Positions 46,367 to 56,305 of a stretch of 64,000 nt of DNA are shown here, one piece after another (position 1 is the stretch's first letter; each line of letters starts with the position of its first letter). A model generated the notes under the pieces. That model saw nothing but the letters and a program-made list of their open reading frames with translations, was not told the DNA's origin and searched no databases. A program made the position numbers and the translations under genes. The stretch is from Candidatus Zixiibacteriota bacterium (lineage in GTDB: Bacteria; Zixibacteria; MSB-5A5; UM-FILTER-46-8): NCBI GenBank assembly GCA_026983835.1, contig JALSTH010000033.1:1213-65212 (forward strand). Direction: 5' to 3'.

Positions 46367-48859
46367 TTGGAGATAAACGGAATTCAATTTAGACCCATTA
46401 AAAAGGACTCGGCGAATTTAATAATCTCGCTAATCGTCTTTATAATAGCCTTCGTTACATATTTTTCCACAAAGGCTCCTACCGTAAGTTTTTGGGATTG
46501 TGGCGAATTTATCGCTTGTTCGTATATCCTCGGGATACCCCATCCCCCGGGATCGCCCCTTTTCGTTCTCATCGGCAGGGTATTTACATTATTACCGCTA
46601 TTCAAGGAAATTGCCGTTAGGGTGAATATTATCTCGGTGTTGACCTCATCACTGACCGTCTGGTTGGCTTATCTAATAATAGTGCGGGTTGTCAAATATT
46701 GGTTCCGCAAAGATGAGATGACCTCGACCCGCCGAATTATCGCTTATGCGGGCGGAGCCACCGGCGCACTGTATCTGACCTTTTCCTCCACCTTCTGGTT
46801 CAATGCCGTCGAAGCGGAGGTTTACGGAATATCGATGCTTTTGATGTTGATTATCACTTATTTGGCGATGATTTGGGCGGAAAACCGTAATAAGCCCGGC
46901 TCCAATAAATTGTTAGTCCTGATCGGTTATCTGTCGTTTTTAGCCATAGGAATCCATATGACCGTTTTCTTAGTGATACCGGTAGTATTTATTTTCATAT
47001 TTCTGCTCGACAGGGAAAAGCGTTTGGATTGGAGGATATGGCTTACCGGGGCGGTGATGTTTTTGGTTACCTACAAGGTGGAACCATTTCTTTTGGCTGT
47101 TGTTACGTTATTTTTCATCTCCTTAGCGTTTGTCCTCTTAAAGCAATATTCGGATAAAATATGGCGTCTGGTCTTTGCTTTGATGGTTTTCACTTTGTTG
47201 GGGTTTTCCGTTCAATTATACATCCCTATCCGCGCCTCTCTTCACCCGGCTATAAATGAGGACGCCCCAACCGACTGGCAGAAGTTCAAATACTTCCTCG
47301 AAAGGAAACAGTATGGTGAGAAGAGTATGTTTGAGAGTATGTTTACTCGGCGCGGAAGCTGGGCTCACCAATTCGGAGTTTATCCTCATATGGGTTTCTG
47401 GGGGTTTTTCCGAGATCAGTATTCATCGGAGAAATACAATTTTATACCCTTTGTTTTAGGAATGTTGGGCATTTGGGAATCGTTGCGCCGTAGATGGAAA
47501 ATGGGGGTGTTTCTTTTGATAATCTTTCTGTTATGCACCGTTGGGTTGGTGCTTTATATGAATTTTTCGGATGGAACGATGGGCGAGCGATTGGAGGTCA
47601 GGGATAGGGATTATTTCTTCACGCCCGGATTTATGTATTTCGCTATCCTAATCGGTGTGGGACTTTCGGGGTTTATATTATGGGTGTTGGATTTATTTGG
47701 GAATAAATTGAAAAAGAAATCCCGTTTGGCGATAACAATCCTCCTCTCGGTTTTAGCGGTTGCTTTTCCGTTATCGAATACCCGTGCCACCCATTGGAGA
47801 TCGCACGACAGAACCGGAAATTACATCCCCTGGGATTATGCTTATAATATACTCAATTCCTGTGATAAGAATGCTATTTTATTTACCAACGGCGATAATG
47901 ATACATTTCCGCTTTGGTTTTTGCAGGAGGTGGAAAAGATAAGGACGGATGTTCGGGTGGTCAACCTTTCGCTGTTGAACACGGATTGGTATATACTTCA
48001 GCTTAAACATCAAATGGGTGTTCCGATACGGCTTACCGATGAGCAGATACATCAGCTTGGGCCTGTAATGACCGATGACAACAAAATTATCCGTATTCAG
48101 GATATTATGATAGAAGAGATTATCAAGGACAATAATTGGAATGAACCGATATATTTTGCGGTAACCGTACCCGATGAGAACCGATTAGGGCTGGGCAAGA
48201 ATCTGCGGATGGAGGGTATGACATATCGCCTTGTCCCCGAGAAGGGGGAGGATATGGTTGAGCCGAAAATACTTGAAGATAAAATTATGAATGTGTTTAA
48301 GTTCAGAGGGCTCTCCGATTCCACCGTTTATAAGAGCGAAAGCGATAAGCGGTTGATAGCGAATTACATCAGTGCTTTTCTTCAATTGGCTGAATATTAC
48401 AAGAGCAAAGGTAATATTGACAAAGCGGTTGAAATCACTCTGAAAGCCAAAGAAAGGGTAACGCCTGATTGGCGGACTTATGCTTTCTTGGTTCAACTTT
48501 ATTCGGAGTTGGATGACACGACTAATATAGAGAGAGTAATCCATTCCGCCCCGAAATCCGAAGCGGAGAGGCTTTATCTGAACTCGGGGCATGCTTATGA
48601 GAAAGTAGGAAATGTGGAAGGGGCGATTAGGGCATATAAAAAGTGTTTACGGGCTAATCCTACTTCCGAATACGGATTAAAGTTGCTGTTAGCTTTGCTT
48701 TATGAGAACCATAAGTATAAGGATGCGATTGAAGTGTTGGACAACTATATCGAAGCTTCCAACCCCGATCCAAAATCATTGGCTTATCTCCGAAAACTCC
48801 GCTCCGAGCTGGTGGGGGTGATGAATAATCCTCCGTCGGAACCAGATTCCAATAAATGA
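46367..48859 (+). CDS. Large membrane protein with an N-terminal DUF2723-like (TMEM260-family, GT-C-like) domain and C-terminal TPR repeats. It has a TTG start.
   Basis: Signature N-terminus TKAPTVSFWDCGEFIACSYILGIPHPPGSPLF followed by about 11 TM helices. The C-terminal roughly 200 aa are TPR-like (AYEKVGNVEGAIRAYKKCLRANP...). Confidence 0.6.
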   Translation: MEINGIQFRPIKKDSANLIISLIVFIIAFVTYFSTKAPTVSFWDCGEFIACSYILGIPHPPGSPLFVLIGRVFTLLPLFKEIAVRVNIISVLTSSLTVWLAYLIIVRVVKYWFRKDEMTSTRRIIAYAGGATGALYLTFSSTFWFNAVEAEVYGISMLLMLIITYLAMIWAENRNKPGSNKLLVLIGYLSFLAIGIHMTVFLVIPVVFIFIFLLDREKRLDWRIWLTGAVMFLVTYKVEPFLLAVVTLFFISLAFVLLKQYSDKIWRLVFALMVFTLLGFSVQLYIPIRASLHPAINEDAPTDWQKFKYFLERKQYGEKSMFESMFTRRGSWAHQFGVYPHMGFWGFFRDQYSSEKYNFIPFVLGMLGIWESLRRRWKMGVFLLIIFLLCTVGLVLYMNFSDGTMGERLEVRDRDYFFTPGFMYFAILIGVGLSGFILWVLDLFGNKLKKKSRLAITILLSVLAVAFPLSNTRATHWRSHDRTGNYIPWDYAYNILNSCDKNAILFTNGDNDTFPLWFLQEVEKIRTDVRVVNLSLLNTDWYILQLKHQMGVPIRLTDEQIHQLGPVMTDDNKIIRIQDIMIEEIIKDNNWNEPIYFAVTVPDENRLGLGKNLRMEGMTYRLVPEKGEDMVEPKILEDKIMNVFKFRGLSDSTVYKSESDKRLIANYISAFLQLAEYYKSKGNIDKAVEITLKAKERVTPDWRTYAFLVQLYSELDDTTNIERVIHSAPKSEAERLYLNSGHAYEKVGNVEGAIRAYKKCLRANPTSEYGLKLLLALLYENHKYKDAIEVLDNYIEASNPDPKSLAYLRKLRSELVGVMNNPPSEPDSNK

Positions 48860-48936
48860 GGATTGCGAAGGTTCAAAATATTTTGTAAATACCGATATAT
48901 GGAAATAAAATAGAATTTTATAGATGGAGAGATATA

Positions 48937-49902
48937 ATGGTAGTTTTAATAAGCGGTATTACGGGACAGGATGGTTATTATTTATCAAAATTAATGTTGA
49001 AAGAAGGTCATCAGGTTCACGGAATAGTCCGACGGAATTCCCAAAAGACTTATGGGGTTTTGGATTTCGATGAGGAGCTGAAATCCAAACTGAATTTATA
49101 TTACGGGGATGTAACCGATAAGTCTTCTTTGGATTCGATATTCAGGCAGGTTAAACCGAACTTGGTATTTCATCTTGCCGCCCAAAGCTTCGTTCAGGAA
49201 AGTTGGTCGAATCCGGAAGTGACCTACGATGTCAACATAAAAGGCACACTGAATATGCTCAATAGCTTTCGGGAATATACTCCGGAGGGTAAGTTTTATT
49301 TTGCTTGCTCTTCGGAGGTTTTCGGCAAAGTTGCCGATGAGATTCAAAACGAAGAAAGTAGGATGTGGCCCAGATCTCCCTACGGTATTTCCAAGCTCGC
49401 CGCTTATTGGACGGGTATTAATTACCGCGAATCCTACAACCTCTTTGTTTGTAATGGGATACTCTTTAATCATGAAAGTCCGAACCGCGGGGTTGAGTTC
49501 GTAACCAGAAAAATTAGCTTAGCGGCGGCTAAAATCAAATTGGGGCTTCAGAAAGAATTGAAATTGGGTAATCTCGATGCCAAACGGGATTGGGGATTTT
49601 CAGGCGATTATGTTCGAGCTATGTATTTAATGCTTCTCCATAAGGAACCCGATGATTATGTTGTTGCTACGGGCGAGACTCATTCCGTCAGGGAATTTGT
49701 GGAAGCAGCCTTTGAGGCCGTGGGGCTTGACTATCGCGATTATGTTATTGTGGACCCGAAGTTTTTGAGACCCGCGGAAGTCCAATACCTGCGGGGTGAT
49801 TACAGCAAAGCCAAAAGGAAACTAGGATGGGAACCTAAAGTAAAATTCAAAGAATTAGTAAAGATGATGGTTGAAGCCGATTTAGAGCGGCTTTCCGGGT
49901 AA
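48937..49902 (+). CDS. gmd: GDP-mannose 4,6-dehydratase
   Basis: LISGITGQDGYYLSKLML, Y-x3-K (YGISKLAAY), and the extended SDR fold at the Gmd length. Confidence 0.9.
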   Translation: MVVLISGITGQDGYYLSKLMLKEGHQVHGIVRRNSQKTYGVLDFDEELKSKLNLYYGDVTDKSSLDSIFRQVKPNLVFHLAAQSFVQESWSNPEVTYDVNIKGTLNMLNSFREYTPEGKFYFACSSEVFGKVADEIQNEESRMWPRSPYGISKLAAYWTGINYRESYNLFVCNGILFNHESPNRGVEFVTRKISLAAAKIKLGLQKELKLGNLDAKRDWGFSGDYVRAMYLMLLHKEPDDYVVATGETHSVREFVEAAFEAVGLDYRDYVIVDPKFLRPAEVQYLRGDYSKAKRKLGWEPKVKFKELVKMMVEADLERLSG

Positions 49903-51017
49903 TGAGGTTATTGGTTGTAAATTGGCGGGATATGAGGCATCCTCTTGCAGGCGGGGCGGAAGTCCATATTCACCAAATAATGTCCCGTCTGGCGCAGAAA
50001 TACAACCATAAAATCCTATTCTTGAGTAATCAAAATGGAGGTCGGCTACCGTCGGAAGAAACCTATGATGGGGTCGAATTTCTCCGCTTCGGCAACGAAT
50101 ATAATTTCAACTTAAATGTCGCTTTCCGATTAAGGCGGATAGTTGGGGAGTTCGAGCCTGATCTGGTGATTGAGGATGTGAATAAAATCCCCTTTTATTC
50201 CCCGCTTTATACCCATAAACGGGTAATGGTCATTATTCCGCACCTTTTTTCCAAAACAATCTATAAACAAACCAATTTCTTTATTGCTTCCTATATTTAC
50301 TTAGCGGAGAAATTGATGCCGCCGATTTATAAGAAATGCCATATTGATGTTATATCCAATTCGACAAAAGAAGATCTAATCGGCAGGGGATATGACCCGA
50401 AGGATATAAGCGTAATAGAATGCGGCATCGATCATAGTATCTACCGACCGGGAGAAAGTAAATTCGATCGTCCGACTGTTTGTTATACGGGCAGACTGAA
50501 AAAATACAAGAGTGTCCATCACCTTATTTACGCCGCTGCCGAAGTTATCAAGGTTGTCCCGAAAGCGAGGTTTGTAATTATCGGCGATGGGGATTATCTT
50601 GCGGAACTTAAAAAGCTGACTTCTTACTTGAAACTTGAAAATTGTGTCGAATTTCCGGGATTTGTTTCTTCAGAAGAAAAAGTTAAATTGTTGCAGGGAT
50701 GCCATTGTTTGGCTTATACTTCGATAAAAGAAGGATGGGGAATTTCCAATATAGAGGCGAACGCCTGCGGGACGGCTGTAGTTGCGGCGGATGTCCCCGG
50801 GTTGCGGGATTCCGTCGAGGAAGGTGTCTCGGGTTTGCTTTATCCGTATGGGGATATCAAGAGTTTATCCAAGCGAATTATAGAGATACTGACGGATAAT
50901 GAGCTTCGATATAAATTGGAAAAGGGAGCGACCCGTTGGGCGTCCAAGTTCACTTGGGAAAACACCGCATTCCGCTTTAATGAACTACTTATGAGCAGAT
51001 ATTTACCTTCAGAGTAA
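49902..51017 (+). CDS. GT4-family glycosyltransferase
   Basis: GT-B C-terminal domain with the E-x7-E motif (EGWGISNIEANACGTAVVA). Confidence 0.8.
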   Translation: MRLLVVNWRDMRHPLAGGAEVHIHQIMSRLAQKYNHKILFLSNQNGGRLPSEETYDGVEFLRFGNEYNFNLNVAFRLRRIVGEFEPDLVIEDVNKIPFYSPLYTHKRVMVIIPHLFSKTIYKQTNFFIASYIYLAEKLMPPIYKKCHIDVISNSTKEDLIGRGYDPKDISVIECGIDHSIYRPGESKFDRPTVCYTGRLKKYKSVHHLIYAAAEVIKVVPKARFVIIGDGDYLAELKKLTSYLKLENCVEFPGFVSSEEKVKLLQGCHCLAYTSIKEGWGISNIEANACGTAVVAADVPGLRDSVEEGVSGLLYPYGDIKSLSKRIIEILTDNELRYKLEKGATRWASKFTWENTAFRFNELLMSRYLPSE

Positions 51018-51020
51018 GTT

Positions 51021-51995
51021 TTGAAAAAAAGATTAATAATCGGATTGATTATCAGTTTAATATTTCTTTATCTCGCCATCAGACAGATAGATTTCTCTTT
51101 GGTTAAGGATGCTTTCGCCAAAGCGGATTATTTATGGGGAATCCCGACTGCGGCGGCCATAATTTTTACTATGTGGCTGAGGGCTTTGCGCTGGCGATAT
51201 CTGATGTTGGGGATGAAATCGATCCGCAATTCCAGCTTGTTCTCGTCTGTGATGATCGGATTTATGGCGAATAATATATTACCCGCACGATTAGGGGAGT
51301 TAGTTCGAGCGGTATCCATTGCCAAAAAAGAATCCATCTCGCGGAGCGGCTCATTCGCTACGATTATGGTTGAGCGGATTTTCGATTCCTTTATGATACT
51401 TTTTATGATGGGACTATGCTTGATAATATTTCCCTTCCCATACTTAGTTCGTAAAGCCGGCTATATGGCTTTTATTGTCAATTTCCTTGCGCTTATAGTC
51501 TTGTTCGCTCTATCGAGATGGCCCATCAAGACAAAGGGTATAATCCAATTGGTGGCTCATTTCCTGCCACACAAAATAGGGAGTTTCACCTTACGGTTGA
51601 TGGATCGATTTGTTGACGGTTTAGGGGTATTCCATAGCGGAAAAAGCGTATTTATGGTTTCTCTTTACACCATCGCAATTTGGATTATAACCGCTTTATC
51701 AAACTATTTTATATTCCTGGCTTTAGATCTTAGACCGCCGTTGATCGCTACTTTTGTGGTATTGGTTATTGTGGCTCTTGCGGTGATGCTTCCAGCCTCT
51801 CCCGGATTTATCGGCACTTTTCAATATGGATGTATGGTGGCGCTCGGGTTGTTCGGCTATCCGAAGGAGATAGCCTTCCCTTTCTCGGTTATCCTCTGGG
51901 CCTGCCAATATTTTCCGGTAACACTGCTCGGGTTGTATTACCTTCGCAAGGAAGCCTTTTCCCTCAAAAAGGTCAGCGAAGAAAGTGTTGTATAA
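51021..51995 (+). CDS. UPF0104 / lysylphosphatidylglycerol-synthase-TM-like (flippase-like) membrane protein, with a TTG start
   Basis: Eight TM helices; the N-terminus IRQIDFSLVKDAFAKADYLW...LRALRWRYLM is typical of the family; it is embedded among GT genes. Confidence 0.55.
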   Translation: MKKRLIIGLIISLIFLYLAIRQIDFSLVKDAFAKADYLWGIPTAAAIIFTMWLRALRWRYLMLGMKSIRNSSLFSSVMIGFMANNILPARLGELVRAVSIAKKESISRSGSFATIMVERIFDSFMILFMMGLCLIIFPFPYLVRKAGYMAFIVNFLALIVLFALSRWPIKTKGIIQLVAHFLPHKIGSFTLRLMDRFVDGLGVFHSGKSVFMVSLYTIAIWIITALSNYFIFLALDLRPPLIATFVVLVIVALAVMLPASPGFIGTFQYGCMVALGLFGYPKEIAFPFSVILWACQYFPVTLLGLYYLRKEAFSLKKVSEESVV

Positions 51996-52037
51996 GATAT
52001 TATTGTTTTTGCGGTTTGATATTTATATTTTGCCATA

Positions 52038-53180
52038 ATGATGGATTCCCCCCGGGCGAAAATATGTATGTTCCTTCTAAACGGATATCTTCAGGATGGC
52101 CGGGTTAGGAGGACAACCCGTTTCCTTGCTGAAAAAGGATATGATATAACTGTTATTGCTGAATCCGATACGGGGGATAATGATGACTTGGAAATCGACG
52201 GAGTTAAGGTTTATCGCTTAAGTTCCGGGGGGCTACCGACTTCCAAGGGGCGCTTTATCAAATATTTGATTAAAGCTGCGCTTTTGGGTATTCGAATCAA
52301 AGCGAATATATATCATTGTTTCGACCTCGATACCCTACTCCCGGCGGCTGTTGCCTCTACGATAAACGGGGGAAACCTAATCTATGAAGCGCATGAATAT
52401 TACCCCGGATTGGAAGCGCTTTTGGGAAGACCGTTTACAAAGCTCATCTGGGTTTTATTGGAAAGGTTGCTTATTCATAAGCCGAACAAAGTAATTACGG
52501 TCAACGAATCGATAGCTGAAAAGTTATCGAAACGATATGCCATCCCCAAGCCGACGGTTATCTATTCCTGCGAAAACAAAAGAACGGTTTCCAAATCCGA
52601 TTTTATCAGGGAGAAATTCAATATCCCCGAAGATAAAACAATAATACTATATGTCGGCATCCTCCGGGGAGGGCAGGGGTTGGAATTGATACCCCGAATA
52701 ATATCCGAATTGGAATCAACCGCAGCAGTGATTGTTGGCGATGGCCCCATAAGGAAAAGACTGGAAGACTTGCGGGATGATTTATCGCTTGGGGACAGAC
52801 TGTTCTTCGCCGGAGCTGTTGAATACGATGAACTTAGGCGATATTATGGTTCTGCGGATATCGGCATCCTTCTTATGGAACCGCTGGCGGAGAATAATCG
52901 TCTGGCGTTGCCGAATAAATTTTTCGCTTATCTTGCTTATGGATTGCCGGTTGTGGTCAGCGATATTCCGGAGCTTTCGCGGTTTGTCGAGGATTTTAAA
53001 TTGGGGGTTGTTGTGCAAGTGGATATTGACGATGCTGTCGAGGGGATAAACAGGATTATTAATGATGGGGATTTTTACGAAAAATGCAGGGACAATGCCT
53101 ACTCCTTCTCCGATAAATTTAATTGGGAGACCGAAGCGGAGAAATATCTTGATATTTACAGCGAGCTTTTGGACCGTTAA
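52038..53180 (+). CDS. GT4-family glycosyltransferase
   Basis: GT-B fold; the C-terminal donor-binding domain (PNKFFAYLAYGLPVVVSD) matches EX7E. Confidence 0.8.
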   Translation: MMDSPRAKICMFLLNGYLQDGRVRRTTRFLAEKGYDITVIAESDTGDNDDLEIDGVKVYRLSSGGLPTSKGRFIKYLIKAALLGIRIKANIYHCFDLDTLLPAAVASTINGGNLIYEAHEYYPGLEALLGRPFTKLIWVLLERLLIHKPNKVITVNESIAEKLSKRYAIPKPTVIYSCENKRTVSKSDFIREKFNIPEDKTIILYVGILRGGQGLELIPRIISELESTAAVIVGDGPIRKRLEDLRDDLSLGDRLFFAGAVEYDELRRYYGSADIGILLMEPLAENNRLALPNKFFAYLAYGLPVVVSDIPELSRFVEDFKLGVVVQVDIDDAVEGINRIINDGDFYEKCRDNAYSFSDKFNWETEAEKYLDIYSELLDR

Positions 53181-54217
53181 TGGAAATTTCACTTATCGTA
53201 ATTACATATAATCAAATCGAATACCTTCGCCGACAGATAGAATCCATCAAGGCACAGCGGACATCGGCGGATTTCGAGGTAATAATAGTCAATGACTGTT
53301 CTTCGGATGGAACAGCCGATTTCCTTAACTCCCTACAAAAGAATGAAAACTGGAAATTTATCAACAACGAGAAAAATTTCGGCAGGGCGATGGTGCGGAA
53401 TATCGGAGCCGATTTGGCTTCGGGGGAGATACTAATCTTCGTCGATGGGGATTTGTATTTATCCCCGAACTTTTTGGAAGCTCACCGCATGTTCCATAGC
53501 AACAATCCCGATTCGGTCGCTGTCGGAAAGGTAGTTTATGAAAATGGCGACTCACTATGCCGCTATTTGGAGACACGGGGAGCTGTCAAGATGGAACCGG
53601 GCGATAATCTCCCATTCAGGTATTTTGTAAGCTGGAATTTCTCCATCTTGAGATCGGCTTTCAGCTCATTGGAAGGGTTTGATACGGATTTTTCAGGCTA
53701 TGGTGGAGAGGATTTGGAATTCGGTTATCGGCTTACCAAAGCATCCCAAAAAATTTATTATTTGGAAGAGGCGACAGCTACCCATATACAACATCCTTCA
53801 TTGGAAGAGATGATTGAGAAGCGATATAGGTTCGGCATCGAGGCGCTGCCGTTGTTTATGATGAAGCATCCTCCCGCCGCCTATGATGTCCCTATTTACA
53901 GGCTGTATGAGAATAAAAAATACAGATCGATACTGCGGATTGTTTTTTCCTCACCGATGTATAATTTTATCACCCGCTTACTCAAGATATTGAAAATCCG
54001 CTCTAATTTCATTTACGATTATTTGCTCCACGGGGCGGTTTTCAGGGGGCTTAACGATTCGGGAAAAGGCGTAGGGAGCGAATTAAACAGCAATCGTAAT
54101 TCGATTATAACCCTTTCCTTAATATGGTTTTTGCTGATAAATCTGATTTATTTTTATCAATTCGCCAGCGATAGGTATCATACGCTTTTTACGGTAATCA
54201 GGAGTATTTTCGGCTGA
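53180..54217 (+). CDS. GT2-family glycosyltransferase
   Basis: ISLIVITYNQ...VIIVNDCSSDGT and DGD motifs of the GT-A fold. Confidence 0.85.
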   Translation: MEISLIVITYNQIEYLRRQIESIKAQRTSADFEVIIVNDCSSDGTADFLNSLQKNENWKFINNEKNFGRAMVRNIGADLASGEILIFVDGDLYLSPNFLEAHRMFHSNNPDSVAVGKVVYENGDSLCRYLETRGAVKMEPGDNLPFRYFVSWNFSILRSAFSSLEGFDTDFSGYGGEDLEFGYRLTKASQKIYYLEEATATHIQHPSLEEMIEKRYRFGIEALPLFMMKHPPAAYDVPIYRLYENKKYRSILRIVFSSPMYNFITRLLKILKIRSNFIYDYLLHGAVFRGLNDSGKGVGSELNSNRNSIITLSLIWFLLINLIYFYQFASDRYHTLFTVIRSIFG

Positions 54218-54218
54218 T

Positions 54219-56120
54219 ATGTATGTTCTTATCCCCCTTTTGGTTTCATTTCTTTTTGCGGTAATCGGAGCGGAGTTGTTAAGGCACATCCTCGGGGAAA
54301 AAACGGACGGCTCTATTTTAATTAGCGGATGGGCTCTAACAGCCGCCATCACCGGATATATTTTTATGATATTGGGGTTGTTGCATCAACTTAATTCGAC
54401 CGCCTCAACTATTTATCTCATCCTTCTGTTTATACTTTCGTTGATATTGAGCAAAGGGCATTATCCATTTGGACGGTTTTTTGTTTTTGGAGGGTATTCA
54501 TCGACAGGGAAGGATATAAGGATATTTTTCATATTGATAGTTATGGTCTTGTCTATCAGCTTCTTGGGGGCATTAGCTCCCCCATCGCATTTGGATGTCC
54601 TCAATTATCATTTCGCCCTCTTAAGGCAATGCCTACAATCGCATTCCTTGATTTTCAATCCTACATTTTTCTATGGCGCCACCCCCTTTAATGCGGAAAT
54701 GCTGTCGGGTTTTATGGCTTTATTGAGCGATTTAAGGGGGGGACAATTTATACAGTTTATTGCCGGCTTGCTGTTGGTTGTTTCGGTGTTTGCGGTGGGG
54801 AAAAAGCATTTTAATTTACTAACAGCGATAATAGCAAGCTCGATTTTCGTTTCCACCCTGTTTTTGCCGGCGATATTATCGGAAGCAAAAAACGATCAAC
54901 TTTTGGCGTTGCTATCGTTTTGGGCATTTTATTATTTCGCTCGGGCTCAAATCGAATCCGATGGGAGGGCGCTCATAGTCGGGGCTGTCTTCGGCGGATT
55001 GGCGGGAGGGATGAAATTGTATGGATTAGGAATACCATCTATTGGCTTTTTGTTCATTATCTTTTCCGCCATCGGAGGTAAGACCAAGATAGATTACCGT
55101 AGAATCGCTTTGGCTGGCGCTATCTCGCTGATTTTAATCCTCCCATGGTATATCCGTAGCTTGATACTGACCGGAAATCCTATCCATCCGTTTTTATCGA
55201 ATCTGTTTGGAGACAGGTATTGGGATTCGGTCCTTAATTTTAAATTTAACCTAATGCGGGAATGGAGATATGTAAGGGTCAATCCGCTGCAATTTCTCAT
55301 TTCACCATTCAGGGTTACTTTCGATGCCGATGCTTATTTCGCTCGCATAGGCCCTATTTATTTATCGTTGTTGCCGGCGGCGATATTGTTTGGGGGAAAG
55401 AATAAGTTGCTTAAATTTTTCGGTTGGGCATCGTTGATATATTTTATCTTGTGGTTTTTCATACTGCACGATGCCCGGTATTTGCTCCCGATTTTGCCCG
55501 GTTTATCGCTTTTTTGCGCCTATGGAGCTGTTAGGTTGTATAATAGCGGGGGGTATTATCGACTGTTAATATCGGGTATTATAATAATAAATCTTCTGAT
55601 GGTGTTGTTTATCGATTTCCGTAGCCAATATCAAAAATTCCCGGTTGTCCTTCATCTTGAGAGTACCGATGAATTTTATCGGGACCTTAGAGAGGTAAAT
55701 AAGGAAAATCTTGAATCGGGGGAATATGTTAAGGCTATACCGGAGTATGATTTCCTGCAAAAGGTCAATAGAATTACCAGAGAGACGGACACCGTAGGGC
55801 TATTCAGCTATAATGAGCCTTTCATATATTATTTTATCGATTGTAAATTATACTTATTGCTTCCGCTTTGGCAGAACGCCTTTGATTTCAAATCGATCGA
55901 TAATAAGGATGATTTGCGAACTAAACTCAATTCTCTCGGAATAACTTATATCATAACCGATACGGACGATGATAAAACCGTTCCGCAAAACGCTTTATTG
56001 AAGCAATACGACGAATTTGGCTCGACCCTCAAAGGAACGAATATATTCTTGAACTTCCTTAATTCCGACTGTGAGGAAATTGTTTCGGAAGGGAGATATC
56101 GCTGTTTTCGCTGTAAGTAG
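54219..56120 (+). CDS. Large polytopic membrane protein with a C-terminal soluble domain, a putative GT-C-fold glycosyltransferase or polymerase
   Basis: About 13 TM helices, with an acidic/His-rich first extracytoplasmic loop (PPSHLDVLNYH). The gene terminates the glycan operon; it is 633 aa. Confidence 0.4.
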   Translation: MYVLIPLLVSFLFAVIGAELLRHILGEKTDGSILISGWALTAAITGYIFMILGLLHQLNSTASTIYLILLFILSLILSKGHYPFGRFFVFGGYSSTGKDIRIFFILIVMVLSISFLGALAPPSHLDVLNYHFALLRQCLQSHSLIFNPTFFYGATPFNAEMLSGFMALLSDLRGGQFIQFIAGLLLVVSVFAVGKKHFNLLTAIIASSIFVSTLFLPAILSEAKNDQLLALLSFWAFYYFARAQIESDGRALIVGAVFGGLAGGMKLYGLGIPSIGFLFIIFSAIGGKTKIDYRRIALAGAISLILILPWYIRSLILTGNPIHPFLSNLFGDRYWDSVLNFKFNLMREWRYVRVNPLQFLISPFRVTFDADAYFARIGPIYLSLLPAAILFGGKNKLLKFFGWASLIYFILWFFILHDARYLLPILPGLSLFCAYGAVRLYNSGGYYRLLISGIIIINLLMVLFIDFRSQYQKFPVVLHLESTDEFYRDLREVNKENLESGEYVKAIPEYDFLQKVNRITRETDTVGLFSYNEPFIYYFIDCKLYLLLPLWQNAFDFKSIDNKDDLRTKLNSLGITYIITDTDDDKTVPQNALLKQYDEFGSTLKGTNIFLNFLNSDCEEIVSEGRYRCFRCK

Positions 56121-56163
56121 TAAATCTTCCTAAAAACTTATATTAGTTTGCTTTTCAATATCC

Positions 56164-56192
56164 TTGACATAAAAGAAAGATTTCACTATTTA
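56164..56192 (+). promoter_or_regulatory. Sigma-70-like promoter candidate upstream of kbl
   Basis: TTGACA, then 17 nt, then TATTTA(AT), about 114 nt upstream of the kbl ATG, which has a GGAGG RBS. Confidence 0.3.
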
Positions 56193-56305
56193 ATAATTTT
56201 AATGTTTGTATTCGGCAACGGATTATTTTATCTATAATTCGTAAATTCGTAAGAAAGCCAAAAAATGTAATAATACATAAAACCTACCTAACGGAGGATT
56301 AGATA

